From Nitrospirota bacterium (GTDB lineage Bacteria > Nitrospirota > UBA9217), in contig CAWJQQ010000006.1 of NCBI GenBank assembly GCA_963845065.1, forward strand, positions 64,001 through 128,000: a stretch of DNA of 64,000 nucleotides, written 5' to 3'. Made by a program: the position numbers and the translations under genes. How positions within the stretch are numbered: position 1 is the first letter of the stretch; the number at the start of each line of letters is the position of its first letter. A model generated the notes under the pieces. It searched no databases and was not told the DNA's origin. It saw only the letters and a list, made by a program, of their open reading frames with translations. Below, piece after piece: positions 1 to 9,957 of this stretch.

Positions 1-553
1 CGTAACGTGCCGTGTGCAGGAATACGGTTCTGCAGAGCTCAAAGCGAGTCTTGAGGGAAACCGCGCCGGTTTTCCGGATCTCTTCGAGTACCCGTCCGTA
101 ATCTCGGGGAGAAACCACCACGGCTACATCGGTGTAGTTTTTCGCCGCAGAACGCAGCATCGTGGGCCCGCCAATGTCAATATTCTCGATCGCGTCTTCG
201 AGCGTGCAGCCCGGCTTGGCAACGGTCTGCTCAAAGGGATAGAGGTTCACAACCACTAGGTCGATGGGCTCGATGCCGTATTGTTTCATCTGCTTCACGT
301 GCTCGGTATTGTTTCGTCTTCCGAGCAGCCCGCCGTGGATCTTCGGGTGAAGCGTCTTGACCCTGCCATCGAGCATTTCGGGAAAGCCCGTAAACTCTGA
401 AACGTCCTTGACATTCACGCCTGCATCACGAAGCATCTTCGCTGTGCCGCCAGTCGAAAGTATTTCGATCCCGAGCTCTGAAATTCCCCGGGCAAAATCC
501 AATATGCCGTTCTTGTTGGAAACACTGATGAGCGCTCGAGTTATTTTGCCCAC
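1..553 (-). CDS. purH: Bifunctional AICAR transformylase/IMP cyclohydrolase, 5' part (runs off window edge)
   Basis: Manual translation from GTG at 553 (SD GGAGGT at 561-566): [16 protein letters not shown]...ILSTGGT...[22 protein letters not shown]...[17 protein letters not shown]. Not in the ORF track. Confidence 0.95.
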   Translation of the reverse strand, partial: MGKITRALISVSNKNGILDFARGISELGIEILSTGGTAKMLRDAGVNVKDVSEFTGFPEMLDGRVKTLHPKIHGGLLGRRNNTEHVKQMKQYGIEPIDLVVVNLYPFEQTVAKPGCTLEDAIENIDIGGPTMLRSAAKNYTDVAVVVSPRDYGRVLEEIRKTGAVSLKTRFELCRTVFLHTARY

Positions 554-854
554 GTAAGGGACCTCCGATACACCTGATGAAAACTACGGCAGAATGTGTA
601 AAATTTTAACCTAATGGACAGGGAAAGTCAATTTGAATAGGGAGGGCGTTTTTTTGTTTCCTGCACCAACAGGAAACCCTACAGATGTTACCCCATCATA
701 ACTCGACTCAAGGTCACATTAAGTAAGAAAATCAAGAGCAAAGGGCTTTGCCATCACCTTTTTGAAGCAGACTCCTCCCGACGTCATCGGGACGAACTAT
801 GCGATAGCCTATTTCCGTATTCATTGTTTAACCTTTCCCTTCTAAATCCATAAA

Positions 855-1457
855 CTATTGCAATCTCACCCCGTCACCAACACTGATTCCCGATCCAGAA
901 GCTGTCTCAACCACCCACTGAATCGGAGCGATGGAACGATATAGCTCCAAACTTCCCGGCTTGCAGTCCGAATATACCCGCAGCACTTTTTTATTCGGCC
1001 CGACAAAGATTATATCGATCGGATAAACAACGCTACCCATCCAGAACGTAACTGCTTCTGGTTTTGTAAATACGAACAGTGCCGCTTCATCAAGTTTCAA
1101 CATGCGGAAACCCTGCAGCCCTATCCTACGGGTATCGTTCGTATTACAGAAAAGCACGATTCGATACGTCCGCAGGGAAACATGATCGCCATGAGTAACT
1201 GCAATAATTGTCGGTGATGCCTTCTTTTCGGCAGAAAACGATTCTGCGCCGTGCGCAAATTTCACTTCAGCGGCTAGGGTCAGAATCCCGATCGCGATTG
1301 CCATCGTCGTCATTAGCGCGCCAACTCGAAAATATTCCATGAACCTGCTCTCGACGGTCTGCTTGGTCGGCTGGACCAGGATGGGATTGGCAACCGAACC
1401 GATGATCGTCAAATTCCCGGCCAGCGTGCTGCTCATAGCGAGGGTAAGCCAGGCCAC
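855..1457 (-). CDS. DUF192-family domain fused behind the C-terminal remnant of an ArsB/NhaD (IT-superfamily) permease
   Basis: C-term RRIGLQGFRML..AALFVF..TFWMGSVVYPIDIIFV..WVVETASG..GISVGD is DUF192-like; N-term STLAGNLTIIGSVAN..FMEYFRVG is an ArsB/NhaD tail. Confidence 0.65.
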   Translation of the reverse strand: MAWLTLAMSSTLAGNLTIIGSVANPILVQPTKQTVESRFMEYFRVGALMTTMAIAIGILTLAAEVKFAHGAESFSAEKKASPTIIAVTHGDHVSLRTYRIVLFCNTNDTRRIGLQGFRMLKLDEAALFVFTKPEAVTFWMGSVVYPIDIIFVGPNKKVLRVYSDCKPGSLELYRSIAPIQWVVETASGSGISVGDGVRLQ

Positions 1458-1745
1458 CGTGCTGTCTCCGAGCGATTGAGCGGCGGCTTAAGCAGCATCA
1501 CTGCAGGCACGTTGTTCAACACATTTGACAGGACAGCCGAAACAACCAACAGCCCTGCTATGCTGCCAATCGGTGAAAGAGTTATAATATTACCAATGCT
1601 TTTGATCATAATTGCCGCAATTTCGGAGCTCCAGCGCCACGTATTAACGAGAGCGAAAGGTTCTTATCGGTCATAAGCTCGAAGAATCACGCAATGCGGA
1701 GATACACTGTAATGATCAACATCCCGAGCAGGAATAAAAGCATAT
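1458..1745 (-). pseudogene. Deleted/frameshifted remnant of an ArsB/NhaD-family anion permease
   Basis: Reverse-strand fragments LLFLLGMLIIT (~1710-1740) and VSAVLSNVLNNVPAVMLL (~1490-1545), with no continuous ORF and far too short for a full permease. Confidence 0.6.
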
Positions 1746-1785
1746 GCAAGTTGGTGCCTAGCTCCATCTTTGTATCCCGGCGCTT

Positions 1786-2997
1786 TCACTTTTTCCCCTG
1801 CTGTTCCATCTTTGCCTTCAGGATATCGCCGAGTGATCCCATGTTCATCGGCGCACCCTTTGCCTGCTCCTGATATTCTTTCAATGAGGCAGCCGCCTCT
1901 TCTTCCGCACGGCTGATCTCGGCCAGGGAGAGAGATAATTTTTTCTGCGCTGCGTCAACAGCTTCCACCTTTACTTCAACAGTCTGCCCCTCTTTGACCA
2001 CTTCCTTCGGATGGTTGATTCTCTTGCCAGCCCCTAATTTCGAAATATGAATAAGCCCATCCACCCCCTCTTTCAGCGTAACAAATGCACCAAATGCGGC
2101 AAGTCGCGATACGATGCCGGTATGATAGGATCCGATCAGGAGAGTGTTCGCAACCCTTTCCCAGGGGTCAGGCATCGCGTCTTTAAGGCTGAAAGTAAAC
2201 CGGTTCTGTTCCCAATCTAATTTTTTAATTATCACTTCGACCTTCTGGCCTACGGAAAGAATATCGCTTACCTTCTCGGTCCTCGTCCAGGCGATTTCCG
2301 AGACCGGTAACAGACCTTCAATGCCGCCGATATTTACGAAGGCGCCGAATTTCTGGATGGATGTTACTGTCCCCATCACCTTCATACCCTCTTTCAAAGT
2401 TGCCTTTAATTCGTCTACCTTGCCCTGCCGTTCCTTTTCCAAAATCGGTTTCCGGGACACGACCATGTTCCGCCCATTTTCCGAATATTCTATTATTACG
2501 AACGGCAACGAGCGGCCGGTGTACTCGAACAGCTGTTCCTCCCGCCGTAAGCCCATCTGGGAATAGGGGCAAAAAGCGCGAATACTACCCGCGATCTTGA
2601 TCTCAACCCCCCCCTTCATTTCTTTTACCACCGTACCGTCTACAGGAATCCCGTTTTTCCATGCGTCCTCAAGCTGGCTCTGTTTGCCCGGACCCGATCC
2701 TACCTTAGTCGTAAAATGCATTTCGTTATTTTCCGCGGATACGAAGTAGGCTCGGACTATATCACCTTCCTTGACCGTGATATTCTCAGCATCATTCATC
2801 ATTTCCTTCTTGTCTAGGTAGCCCTCACCCTTGCCGCCGAGATCGAGAAATATCCAGTCGCTTGATATCTTGACAATCTGCGCTTCGACCAGTTGGCCAG
2901 GTTCGAGCTTTCCGTGCTTTTTAAAGCTCTTTTCAAATAGCTCGGCAAAACTCTCTTCTTTATTTGACTCTTGTGCTGATTGATTATTGGTATTCAT
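1786..2997 (-). CDS. rpsA: 30S ribosomal protein S1-like protein (four S1 domains)
   Basis: SFAELFE N-term, repeated S1 motifs (FGAFVNIGGIEGLLPVSEI, FGAFVTLKEGVDGLIHISKL), C-term MGSLGDIL. Confidence 0.85.
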   Translation of the reverse strand: MNTNNQSAQESNKEESFAELFEKSFKKHGKLEPGQLVEAQIVKISSDWIFLDLGGKGEGYLDKKEMMNDAENITVKEGDIVRAYFVSAENNEMHFTTKVGSGPGKQSQLEDAWKNGIPVDGTVVKEMKGGVEIKIAGSIRAFCPYSQMGLRREEQLFEYTGRSLPFVIIEYSENGRNMVVSRKPILEKERQGKVDELKATLKEGMKVMGTVTSIQKFGAFVNIGGIEGLLPVSEIAWTRTEKVSDILSVGQKVEVIIKKLDWEQNRFTFSLKDAMPDPWERVANTLLIGSYHTGIVSRLAAFGAFVTLKEGVDGLIHISKLGAGKRINHPKEVVKEGQTVEVKVEAVDAAQKKLSLSLAEISRAEEEAAASLKEYQEQAKGAPMNMGSLGDILKAKMEQQGKK

Positions 2998-3143
2998 AAA
3001 GTCCCTCTCGAAATATTTTATATTTTACCACCGAGTTACTGCGTCATGGAGCATGTCGAAAAATTCAATTTGCCACATATAATCACGAATTCACACTCTG
3101 ACCAATAACAAGAGTAAAAAATTAAACGCGCATAATGGAGGTT

Positions 3144-4580
3144 CTATGCGCATCCATCATTGGCAGCAATCATTTTCGTCTTTACCTCATGTCCTCCGTG
3201 GTGAAAATGTCGTGCCGTTCCCATCAGATCATACTCCGTTGCATCGGTGATCAGGACGTCAACGAACTCACCGGGCTCTGCTTCAGTTTCGGACAAGTAT
3301 ACCAAGCCGTCAATTTCCGGCGCCTGCGTCTGCATCCTGCCGATAAGCGCCATGTCCTCCATACCGTCAATAAGTATACGCTGAGTCGAACCAACGAGCG
3401 CGCGGTTCTTCTTGAGTGAAATCTTTGCCTGCGCTTTCATTATCCTTTTATACCGGCCCATCGCTGTCCCATGAGGCACTGTCGATGTTAGTTTGTAAGC
3501 AGAGGTTCCTTCTTCCGGAGAAAAGGTGAAGACACCGAGATGTTCGAACTCCACTTCTTTCACGAACGCGAGAAGCCGTTTGAATGCTGCTTCGGTCTCG
3601 CCAGGAAATCCAACAATGAGCGATGTGCGGAGCGCGACGCCGGGTATCCGTTCCCTCAGCAAGGCAATGGTTTTCCTGATATCCTCCGACGTCCCGCGGC
3701 GGTTCATGGCCGTGAGCACTTTATCATCAAAATGCTGGATTGGTATGTCGAGGTACTTGCAGACTTTCTCTTCACCAGCCATCACGATCGCGAGTTCCCT
3801 GCTGATCTTATGTGGATATGCGTACATGAGCCGCACCCAGCCGATGCCCTTAATACGAGCCAGCGACGTGAGGAGCGTAGAGAGATCCGTCTCATGATCG
3901 TGATATGCTGTCGAATCCTGAGCAAGGAGAATCAGCTCCTTCGCCCCTTCATCTACGAGTCGGCGCGCCTCGTCGAGAATCGAGACAGCGGGCCTGCTGA
4001 TGAAATCCCCCCGGATGATCGGGATGGCGCAATAGGAACAGCGGTTGCTGCATCCCTCGGCAATCTTTAGGTACCGGTAATGCACCGGCGTAGTGCTTAC
4101 TCTGGGGAGGCCGTAGACCATCTTGGGCGCAGACACTTCGATGAAGTTTCCTTTCCCGCCAAGCGCCTGCTTGCAAATCTCACTAATGCGGCCAATCTCA
4201 CCCGTCCCGATAACGGCATCGGCCTCGGGAAGCTCCCTCATAAGGTCTTCCTTGTACCGCTGAGCGAGGCAGCCGGCAATGATCACTTTGGAGCATCGGC
4301 CCTGCTGTTTCATTTTCCCCGCGTGGAGGATCGCTTCGATGGATTCTTCCTTGGCCGATTCGATAAATCCGCAGGTGTTAACGACGATGACGTCTGCTTT
4401 GTGCTGGTCAGGGGTAATTTCAAACCCCGAGCCCACGAGCACGCCGAGCATCTGCTCGGCATCAACCTGGTTCTTGGGACAGCCCAAGCTGATCATTCCT
4501 ATTTTATATCGCTTGTGAGTCACTGGTTTTATCTTGGGAATATACGTCCGCGCAGAGAGCAACGAAAACGGCAGGCACAT
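3144..4580 (-). CDS. rimO: Ribosomal protein S12 methylthiotransferase (true start probably near 4523)
   Basis: SLGCPKNQVD, NTCGFI, radical SAM YLKIAEGCSNRCSYCAIP, TRAM APEIDG. Confidence 0.95.
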   Translation of the reverse strand: MCLPFSLLSARTYIPKIKPVTHKRYKIGMISLGCPKNQVDAEQMLGVLVGSGFEITPDQHKADVIVVNTCGFIESAKEESIEAILHAGKMKQQGRCSKVIIAGCLAQRYKEDLMRELPEADAVIGTGEIGRISEICKQALGGKGNFIEVSAPKMVYGLPRVSTTPVHYRYLKIAEGCSNRCSYCAIPIIRGDFISRPAVSILDEARRLVDEGAKELILLAQDSTAYHDHETDLSTLLTSLARIKGIGWVRLMYAYPHKISRELAIVMAGEEKVCKYLDIPIQHFDDKVLTAMNRRGTSEDIRKTIALLRERIPGVALRTSLIVGFPGETEAAFKRLLAFVKEVEFEHLGVFTFSPEEGTSAYKLTSTVPHGTAMGRYKRIMKAQAKISLKKNRALVGSTQRILIDGMEDMALIGRMQTQAPEIDGLVYLSETEAEPGEFVDVLITDATEYDLMGTARHFHHGGHEVKTKMIAANDGCA

Positions 4581-4633
4581 GCAGCGGCAGGAATACTATA
4601 CCACGCGGGTTAACGTGAGACAACGAAAAACGG

Positions 4634-5092
4634 CTAAAATCCGCCGGACATGGCAAGGAAACTCGCCAGTTTCTCATTCGTCTCACGCAGGCGCTTCGAA
4701 AGCGTCTTCGTGAACGCCCAGAGAAGCTTGTAGCCCAGTTCACGGTCCATGATCAGGATCTTATCCAGGTCGTTTTTGTTGATTGCAAGTAGAGCGAGAT
4801 CGGTGTTGGCAATGGCATGCGCCGAACGCGGAAAGTTATCAATCAACGCCATCTCGCCGAAGTAATTACCAGGCTTCAAAACAGCGAGCGCCTCTTCTCC
4901 AATATTCGGTATAAACTTGCTAATCCGCACATCGCCGTTCGTGATAACATAACAGCGGTCTCCCGGATCTCCTTCCTTGAAAATCACTGTATCTTTGGCA
5001 AAGGCCTCTATGCGAGAGATCTTCTCAATCTTCTCCAGCTCATTGACCGAGAGCGCCTCAAACAAGTTTACCTTCTTCAAAAATTCAAGCAT
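4634..5092 (-). CDS. Stand-alone cyclic nucleotide-binding domain protein
   Basis: IFKEGDPGD..YVI..G..FGEMALID..PRSA motif; no HTH. Confidence 0.9.
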   Translation of the reverse strand: MLEFLKKVNLFEALSVNELEKIEKISRIEAFAKDTVIFKEGDPGDRCYVITNGDVRISKFIPNIGEEALAVLKPGNYFGEMALIDNFPRSAHAIANTDLALLAINKNDLDKILIMDRELGYKLLWAFTKTLSKRLRETNEKLASFLAMSGGF

Positions 5093-5101
5093 GCTGCACC
5101 C

Positions 5102-5465
5102 TCACACGCACATACGGCCCATCTTGAAGGCATTCTGGATGGGCTCCAGTTCTTTTTCAGCAGCAGAGCTGTTCGCCACAACATCGGACCAGCAGGGAAC
5201 GTGGTTGAGCTTTTTGTGCTTAATATTGCTAAAACTGCTTTATTCCTTCTCTGCTATTTCTGCGGTGTGACGGCCAGTCCGGCCCACCCAGGTTTTACTT
5301 GTCCTGGTCTTGACCTTGACGATCTGAAACTCAACCTGATGCAGAGCCAGGAGATCGGCCTCGCCGTTGCGTAGATTATTCCTCTCTAGGATATTGTATC
5401 CCTGCTTGGACAGAAATTGCATGGCTTGGTCTCGCCTTCCCTGCCGATTAGTTTTGGAAAACGAG
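5102..5465 (-). pseudogene. yraN: Frameshifted YraN (UPF0102) family gene
   Basis: Pieces in different frames: GREGE, FLSKQGYNILERN..GEADLLA..VKVKTRTS, KHKKLNHVPCWSDVVA..IQNAF; canonical position downstream of rnhB. Confidence 0.75.
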
Positions 5466-5467
5466 GC

Positions 5468-6160
5468 TCACAGTCGGTCTCTTCCCAGCATCCGAGCCAC
5501 AGGATTGAACGTCTTCCGGTGAGCATCGCAGGGCCCGTGCTTTTTGAGTGCTTCTAGATGTTCCCGCGTCCCATATCCTTTATGCTTCCTGAAATTGTAC
5601 TGGGGATACTGGTCATGCAATTCAAGCATCATTCGGTCTCGCGTAACCTTGGCAAGGATCGAAGCCGCTGCGATGCTATGACTGCGGCAATCGCCTTTAA
5701 TCAGGGGTTTCTGAAAAATCGGGACACGGGGAAGCGTAATAGCGTCAAGGAGAAGGTAGTCCGGCTGCGGATGGAGCGCATCGAGCGCTCGCTCCATTGC
5801 GACGATCGTGGCTTGGTAGATATTAATATCTTCAATAGTTCGTTCGTCAGCAATTCCAATGCCGTAGCATATTGCCTGCTCACGAATAATGTCGAAAAGC
5901 CTGTCCCTTTTCTTTTCGGAAATCTGCTTGGAGTCCGTAACCCCCGAGACTAGCAACCCATCGGGAAGCACCACTGCTGCAGCAACGACAGGCCCGGCCA
6001 GCGGCCCTCTTCCGGCCTCGTCAAGCCCTGCGATGCAGGTGTATCCTGCTTCGCATGCGCTCCGCTCAAAGAAATGCAGATCGCATGCAATCTCGCCTCT
6101 GAAAAAATCATCGTTTCGGTCTAGATTGACATCCCGGTTGCGGGGCCCGCCACGAGGCAT
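5468..6160 (-). CDS. rnhB: Ribonuclease HII
   Basis: AGLDEAGRGPLAGPVVAAAV, DSK, KGD, SIAAASILAKVTRD, HKGYGT. Confidence 0.97.
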   Translation of the reverse strand: MPRGGPRNRDVNLDRNDDFFRGEIACDLHFFERSACEAGYTCIAGLDEAGRGPLAGPVVAAAVVLPDGLLVSGVTDSKQISEKKRDRLFDIIREQAICYGIGIADERTIEDINIYQATIVAMERALDALHPQPDYLLLDAITLPRVPIFQKPLIKGDCRSHSIAAASILAKVTRDRMMLELHDQYPQYNFRKHKGYGTREHLEALKKHGPCDAHRKTFNPVARMLGRDRL

Positions 6161-6276
6161 AAGAACCTCTTTCAAAGGGATATTCGAATATATACCAAAT
6201 ACGAAATCCTAAACAAAGACGGTTCCGACCGCATACATGTTTAGGATTTCGAGAGTCGTGCATCGCTTTTAAACGA

Positions 6277-6672
6277 TTACTTCTGCTCTGTAACCTCGGG
6301 TTCTGTTGCTCCCGCCACTGACGCAAATACGCGCTCCTTTTCCTTGATCCTGGCAGCCTTACCACGCAACTCGCGGAGGAAGTAAAGCTTGGCCCTGCGA
6401 ACCTTGCCTTCCTTGGCGAGTTCGATCTTTTCAATCATGGGGGAGTGAACCGGGAAGAGACGCTCGACTCCTACACCATAGGACAGTTTTCGAACACGGA
6501 TAATCTCACGCGCACCTGAACCCTGCCGACCGATGACTAACCCCTCAAATACCTGGATCCTTTCCTTGTCGCCTTCCACAACCTTCGCATGAACGCGGAT
6601 GGTGTCACCCACGCGGAAGTTCGGTATCCCTTCTTTTAATTGAGCCTTTTCCAAAGACTGAACAATATTCAT
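6277..6672 (-). CDS. rplS: 50S ribosomal protein L19
   Basis: [38 protein letters not shown]. Confidence 0.98.
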   Translation of the reverse strand: MNIVQSLEKAQLKEGIPNFRVGDTIRVHAKVVEGDKERIQVFEGLVIGRQGSGAREIIRVRKLSYGVGVERLFPVHSPMIEKIELAKEGKVRRAKLYFLRELRGKAARIKEKERVFASVAGATEPEVTEQK

Positions 6673-6746
6673 TGCAAACCTCCCTTAAACTATCATTGCG
6701 GAATGCGCATCTCGGATTTATTTATGCGCCGCATTCTACTAAATTA

Positions 6747-7526
6747 TTATATATCAGACTGTTTTTTCAGTTCTTCTAGTATTTTTTGATCTTCATTTGT
6801 CAAATCTGCACTTTCCAGAAGATCAGGCCTTTTCATGAGCGTCGCCCTGAGAGCTTCGCGCCGCCGCCATTTGTCGATTTCTGCATGATTGCCAGAGAGC
6901 AACACGTCAGGGACCTTCATTCCGTGAAACTCGGCAGGCCTTGTATAGTGCGGATGATCGAGAAGGCCGTCACCGAAGGAATCACGAAATGCTGATTCTT
7001 CATCGCCGAGCACTCCCGGTAAGAGCCTTGCCACTGCGTCAATCAACACGAGTGCCGCTAATTCTCCACCCGTCAGCACATAATCACCGATCGACAGCTC
7101 TTCATCGACCAGTGCATCGATGACACGCTCGTCGACCGCCTCGTAGTGACCGCAGAGCAAAACAATCCGTCGTTTTTCTTCGGAAAACCGCTTTGCCCTT
7201 TGCTGGTTCAGAACTCCGCCTTGAGGCGAGAGCAGAACTGTCAGAAAATGTTCTCCAGGATAGTCGGTCTTCATCGCCTCGAAAACCTTGAAGATCGGCT
7301 CCGGTTTAAGTACCATTCCAGCACCACCGCCATAAGGACTGTCATCGGTGGTTTTATGCCTGTCTTCGGTAAAGTCCCGAATGTCCCTGATCGTTACATT
7401 CAAGAGTCCTTTTTCCCGGCCTCGTTTGAGGATACTCGCATTCAGTGGCCCATCAAGCATTCTCGGAAACAGCGTGAGTACCTCAAAGTTCAATTTGCGC
7501 ATAGCCGGAACCGGTTCTTGCTTCAT
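6747..7526 (-). CDS. trmD: tRNA (guanine37-N1)-methyltransferase
   Basis: DDSPYGGGAGMV, CGHYEAVDER, SIGDYVLTGGE, PHYTRP. Confidence 0.98.
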   Translation of the reverse strand: MKQEPVPAMRKLNFEVLTLFPRMLDGPLNASILKRGREKGLLNVTIRDIRDFTEDRHKTTDDSPYGGGAGMVLKPEPIFKVFEAMKTDYPGEHFLTVLLSPQGGVLNQQRAKRFSEEKRRIVLLCGHYEAVDERVIDALVDEELSIGDYVLTGGELAALVLIDAVARLLPGVLGDEESAFRDSFGDGLLDHPHYTRPAEFHGMKVPDVLLSGNHAEIDKWRRREALRATLMKRPDLLESADLTNEDQKILEELKKQSDI

Positions 7527-8029
7527 TCTATCAGGCCGTCCATCAGATGAATGACCATCCGCTTTGATTTCCGGTCGATATCCTTGATCACCTCACGCGT
7601 TGCAGGAACATAAACCTCTTTCTTGCCGTGTTTTACAACGTAGACGTCATTGCTGCCGGTTTCCAAGATGTCCACAATCGATCCGAATCTCTCGCCGCTT
7701 TCGGACACGACTTCCATGCCGATGAGCTCGAACCAGTAGTACATACCTTCAGGTAGGGGAACGGCGTCTTCCGCTGGAACCTTTATGAACCAACCATTAA
7801 GCGCTTTGGCCTTTTCTGGAGAATCGAAACCGTTGAACCGAATGTACAGTGCACCGTCTGCATAGCGAACCTCTTGTATCTCGCAAATGGTTTCCTTTCC
7901 GACCGGAGAAACAAGATACACGCTCCGGAGCCCCTTAAATCGCTCAGGAAAGTCCGTCATGGGTTCGATTTTCATCTCACCGGTGACACCGTAGGGCTTC
8001 ACTATCCTGCCAACGATAATGAGCATCAA
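7523..8029 (-). CDS. rimM: Ribosome maturation factor RimM
   Basis: VGRIVKPYGVTGE, YYWFELIG, ETGSNDVYVV; synteny. Confidence 0.95.
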   Translation of the reverse strand: MMLIIVGRIVKPYGVTGEMKIEPMTDFPERFKGLRSVYLVSPVGKETICEIQEVRYADGALYIRFNGFDSPEKAKALNGWFIKVPAEDAVPLPEGMYYWFELIGMEVVSESGERFGSIVDILETGSNDVYVVKHGKKEVYVPATREVIKDIDRKSKRMVIHLMDGLIE

Positions 8030-8117
8030 TGATCCACTCTTCGCATCAGCAACCCGGTGAGGTACGGCTTTGCGTTTTTATATTCCGCAATCCGCATTCA
8101 GCAATTCGTATGCAAAA

Positions 8118-8381
8118 TTATTTCGCCTCGGCGTACTGCTTCATGACCCCCACTTTGGAAAGCAGGGTCTTGACCGTATCGGAGGGGACTGCGCCTTTCT
8201 TGAGCCAGCCGAGAGCCTTGTCTTGGTCGACATTGATCTCCGCCGGTTTCTTGAGCGGATCGTAGGTCCCAACCATCTCGATGAATCGGCCGTCCCGCGG
8301 CGAGCGAGAATCCGCAACCACCAGCCGGTAGTACGGCTTCTTGTGGGTTCCCATCCTCTTGAGTCTAATTCTTACTGCCAT
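8118..8381 (-). CDS. rpsP: 30S ribosomal protein S16
   Basis: [31 protein letters not shown]. Confidence 0.98.
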   Translation of the reverse strand: MAVRIRLKRMGTHKKPYYRLVVADSRSPRDGRFIEMVGTYDPLKKPAEINVDQDKALGWLKKGAVPSDTVKTLLSKVGVMKQYAEAK

Positions 8382-8502
8382 GTCTTCACCTCTTTCTTAA
8401 GAAAAGATAAACTCGATTCTCGTAAGCTCCAAGCTCGCAAAACAAAATACTATTAATTCTTTTCTCTACGTCCTTTGCGTATATGCGAGAAGGAGATTTA
8501 AA

Positions 8503-9846
8503 TTAAAACGGCATCTTGCCGCCGAACATTTTCCCCATTCTGCCCATCTTGCCGCTCGTCATAGACTTCATCATCTTTCGCATCTCGGCAAACTGTTTGA
8601 GCAGCCGATTCACGTCCTGCACCTGCGTACCGCTGCCTTTCGCGATGCGAGCCCTGCGGCTTCCGTTGATAAGTGTGTAGTCGGAACGCTCCTTAGGCGT
8701 CATGGAACTGATGATTGCGTCCACCTTTGTCAACTCTTTCTCGTTCACCTGAGCATCGGGAACCTTCATCCTGCCCATCCCTGGGATCATGCCCATAATC
8801 TGTTCTATCCCCCCGAGTTTCTTCACCTGCTTTAGCTGGTTCCGGAAGTCGTCAAGGTCGAAGGAGTTCTTCTTAAGCTTTTTCGCGAGCTTGAGCGCTT
8901 CTTCATGGTCTACAGCATCTTGAGCCTTCTCAATGAGCGACAGAACATCGCCCATGCCGAGGATGCGCGAGGCCATGCGGTCCGGATGAAACGGTTCGAG
9001 GGCATCGAGCTTTTCGCCTATGCCCACGAACTTGAGCGGCTTGCCGGTCACTGCTCTGACCGAAAGCGCCGCGCCGCCGCGGGCGTCGCCGTCGAGCTTG
9101 GTCAACACCACGCCGTCAACCCCTAGGTCGGCATTGAATTTCGAGGCGATGTTCACAGCTTCCTGGCCGGTCATCGCATCTGCAACAAAGAGAACCTCAT
9201 GGGGCTTCACTCCGACCTTAATCTTCCGAAGCTCTTCCATGAGCGGTTCATCAATCTGGAGCCTGCCAGCTGTGTCGAGGACCACAACTTCGAACAATGA
9301 AGAAGCTGCTTGTTTTACTGCCTCACGGCAAATGGTGACGGGGTCCTGTTCGTTAGTAGTGTAAGCATCAACCCCTACCTGCTTGGCGAGAGTGATGAGT
9401 TGCTGGACTGCCGCCGGCCTGCGCGTGTCTGCCGGAACAAGAAGCACCCTCCGTCCGTCTTTCTTAAAATTCTTTGCAAGCTTCCCTGCCGTAGTGGTCT
9501 TCCCCGACCCCTGCAGTCCAACAAGCATGATGATTGTCGGCGGGTTTGGTGAGAGATAAAGTTTGGCCTGGGTGCCACCCAAGAGAGTCACAAGTTCGTC
9601 ATGGACAATCTTGATGACCTGCTGACCCGGCGTAAGGCTGGAAAGGATCTCCTGCCCTATTGCCCGTGCCTGGACTCGTTCGATGAAGTCCCTGACGACT
9701 TTAAAGTTGACATCGGCCTCGAGGAGCGCAAGGCGTACCTCGCGGAGGGCGTCTTTAACATCTTCTTCCTTCAGGACTCCTCTACCGCGAAGCTTCTTGA
9801 AAACAGACTCTAATTTACCACTTAAGGAATCAAACATGGAAAACAC
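8503..9846 (-). CDS. ffh: Signal recognition particle protein (start may be ATG 9837)
   Basis: ALLEADVN, GLQGSGKTTT, DTAGR, TKLDGDARGG, Met-rich M domain. Confidence 0.98.
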   Translation of the reverse strand: MFSMFDSLSGKLESVFKKLRGRGVLKEEDVKDALREVRLALLEADVNFKVVRDFIERVQARAIGQEILSSLTPGQQVIKIVHDELVTLLGGTQAKLYLSPNPPTIIMLVGLQGSGKTTTAGKLAKNFKKDGRRVLLVPADTRRPAAVQQLITLAKQVGVDAYTTNEQDPVTICREAVKQAASSLFEVVVLDTAGRLQIDEPLMEELRKIKVGVKPHEVLFVADAMTGQEAVNIASKFNADLGVDGVVLTKLDGDARGGAALSVRAVTGKPLKFVGIGEKLDALEPFHPDRMASRILGMGDVLSLIEKAQDAVDHEEALKLAKKLKKNSFDLDDFRNQLKQVKKLGGIEQIMGMIPGMGRMKVPDAQVNEKELTKVDAIISSMTPKERSDYTLINGSRRARIAKGSGTQVQDVNRLLKQFAEMRKMMKSMTSGKMGRMGKMFGGKMPF

Positions 9847-9957
9847 CTACTCGGCAAAGAATATTGAATATATAAGATAAGTCCATTATTGTCAAGGATT
9901 TTCTCTATATTTCCATTCTAATTTATAATTCTTAGTTATGTCGGAGAACAAACTCAT

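Noticed and set aside
8030..8117. Expected khpA gene between rpsP and rimM
   Set aside because: The spacer is only 88 bp with no KH-like remnant; absence is common.
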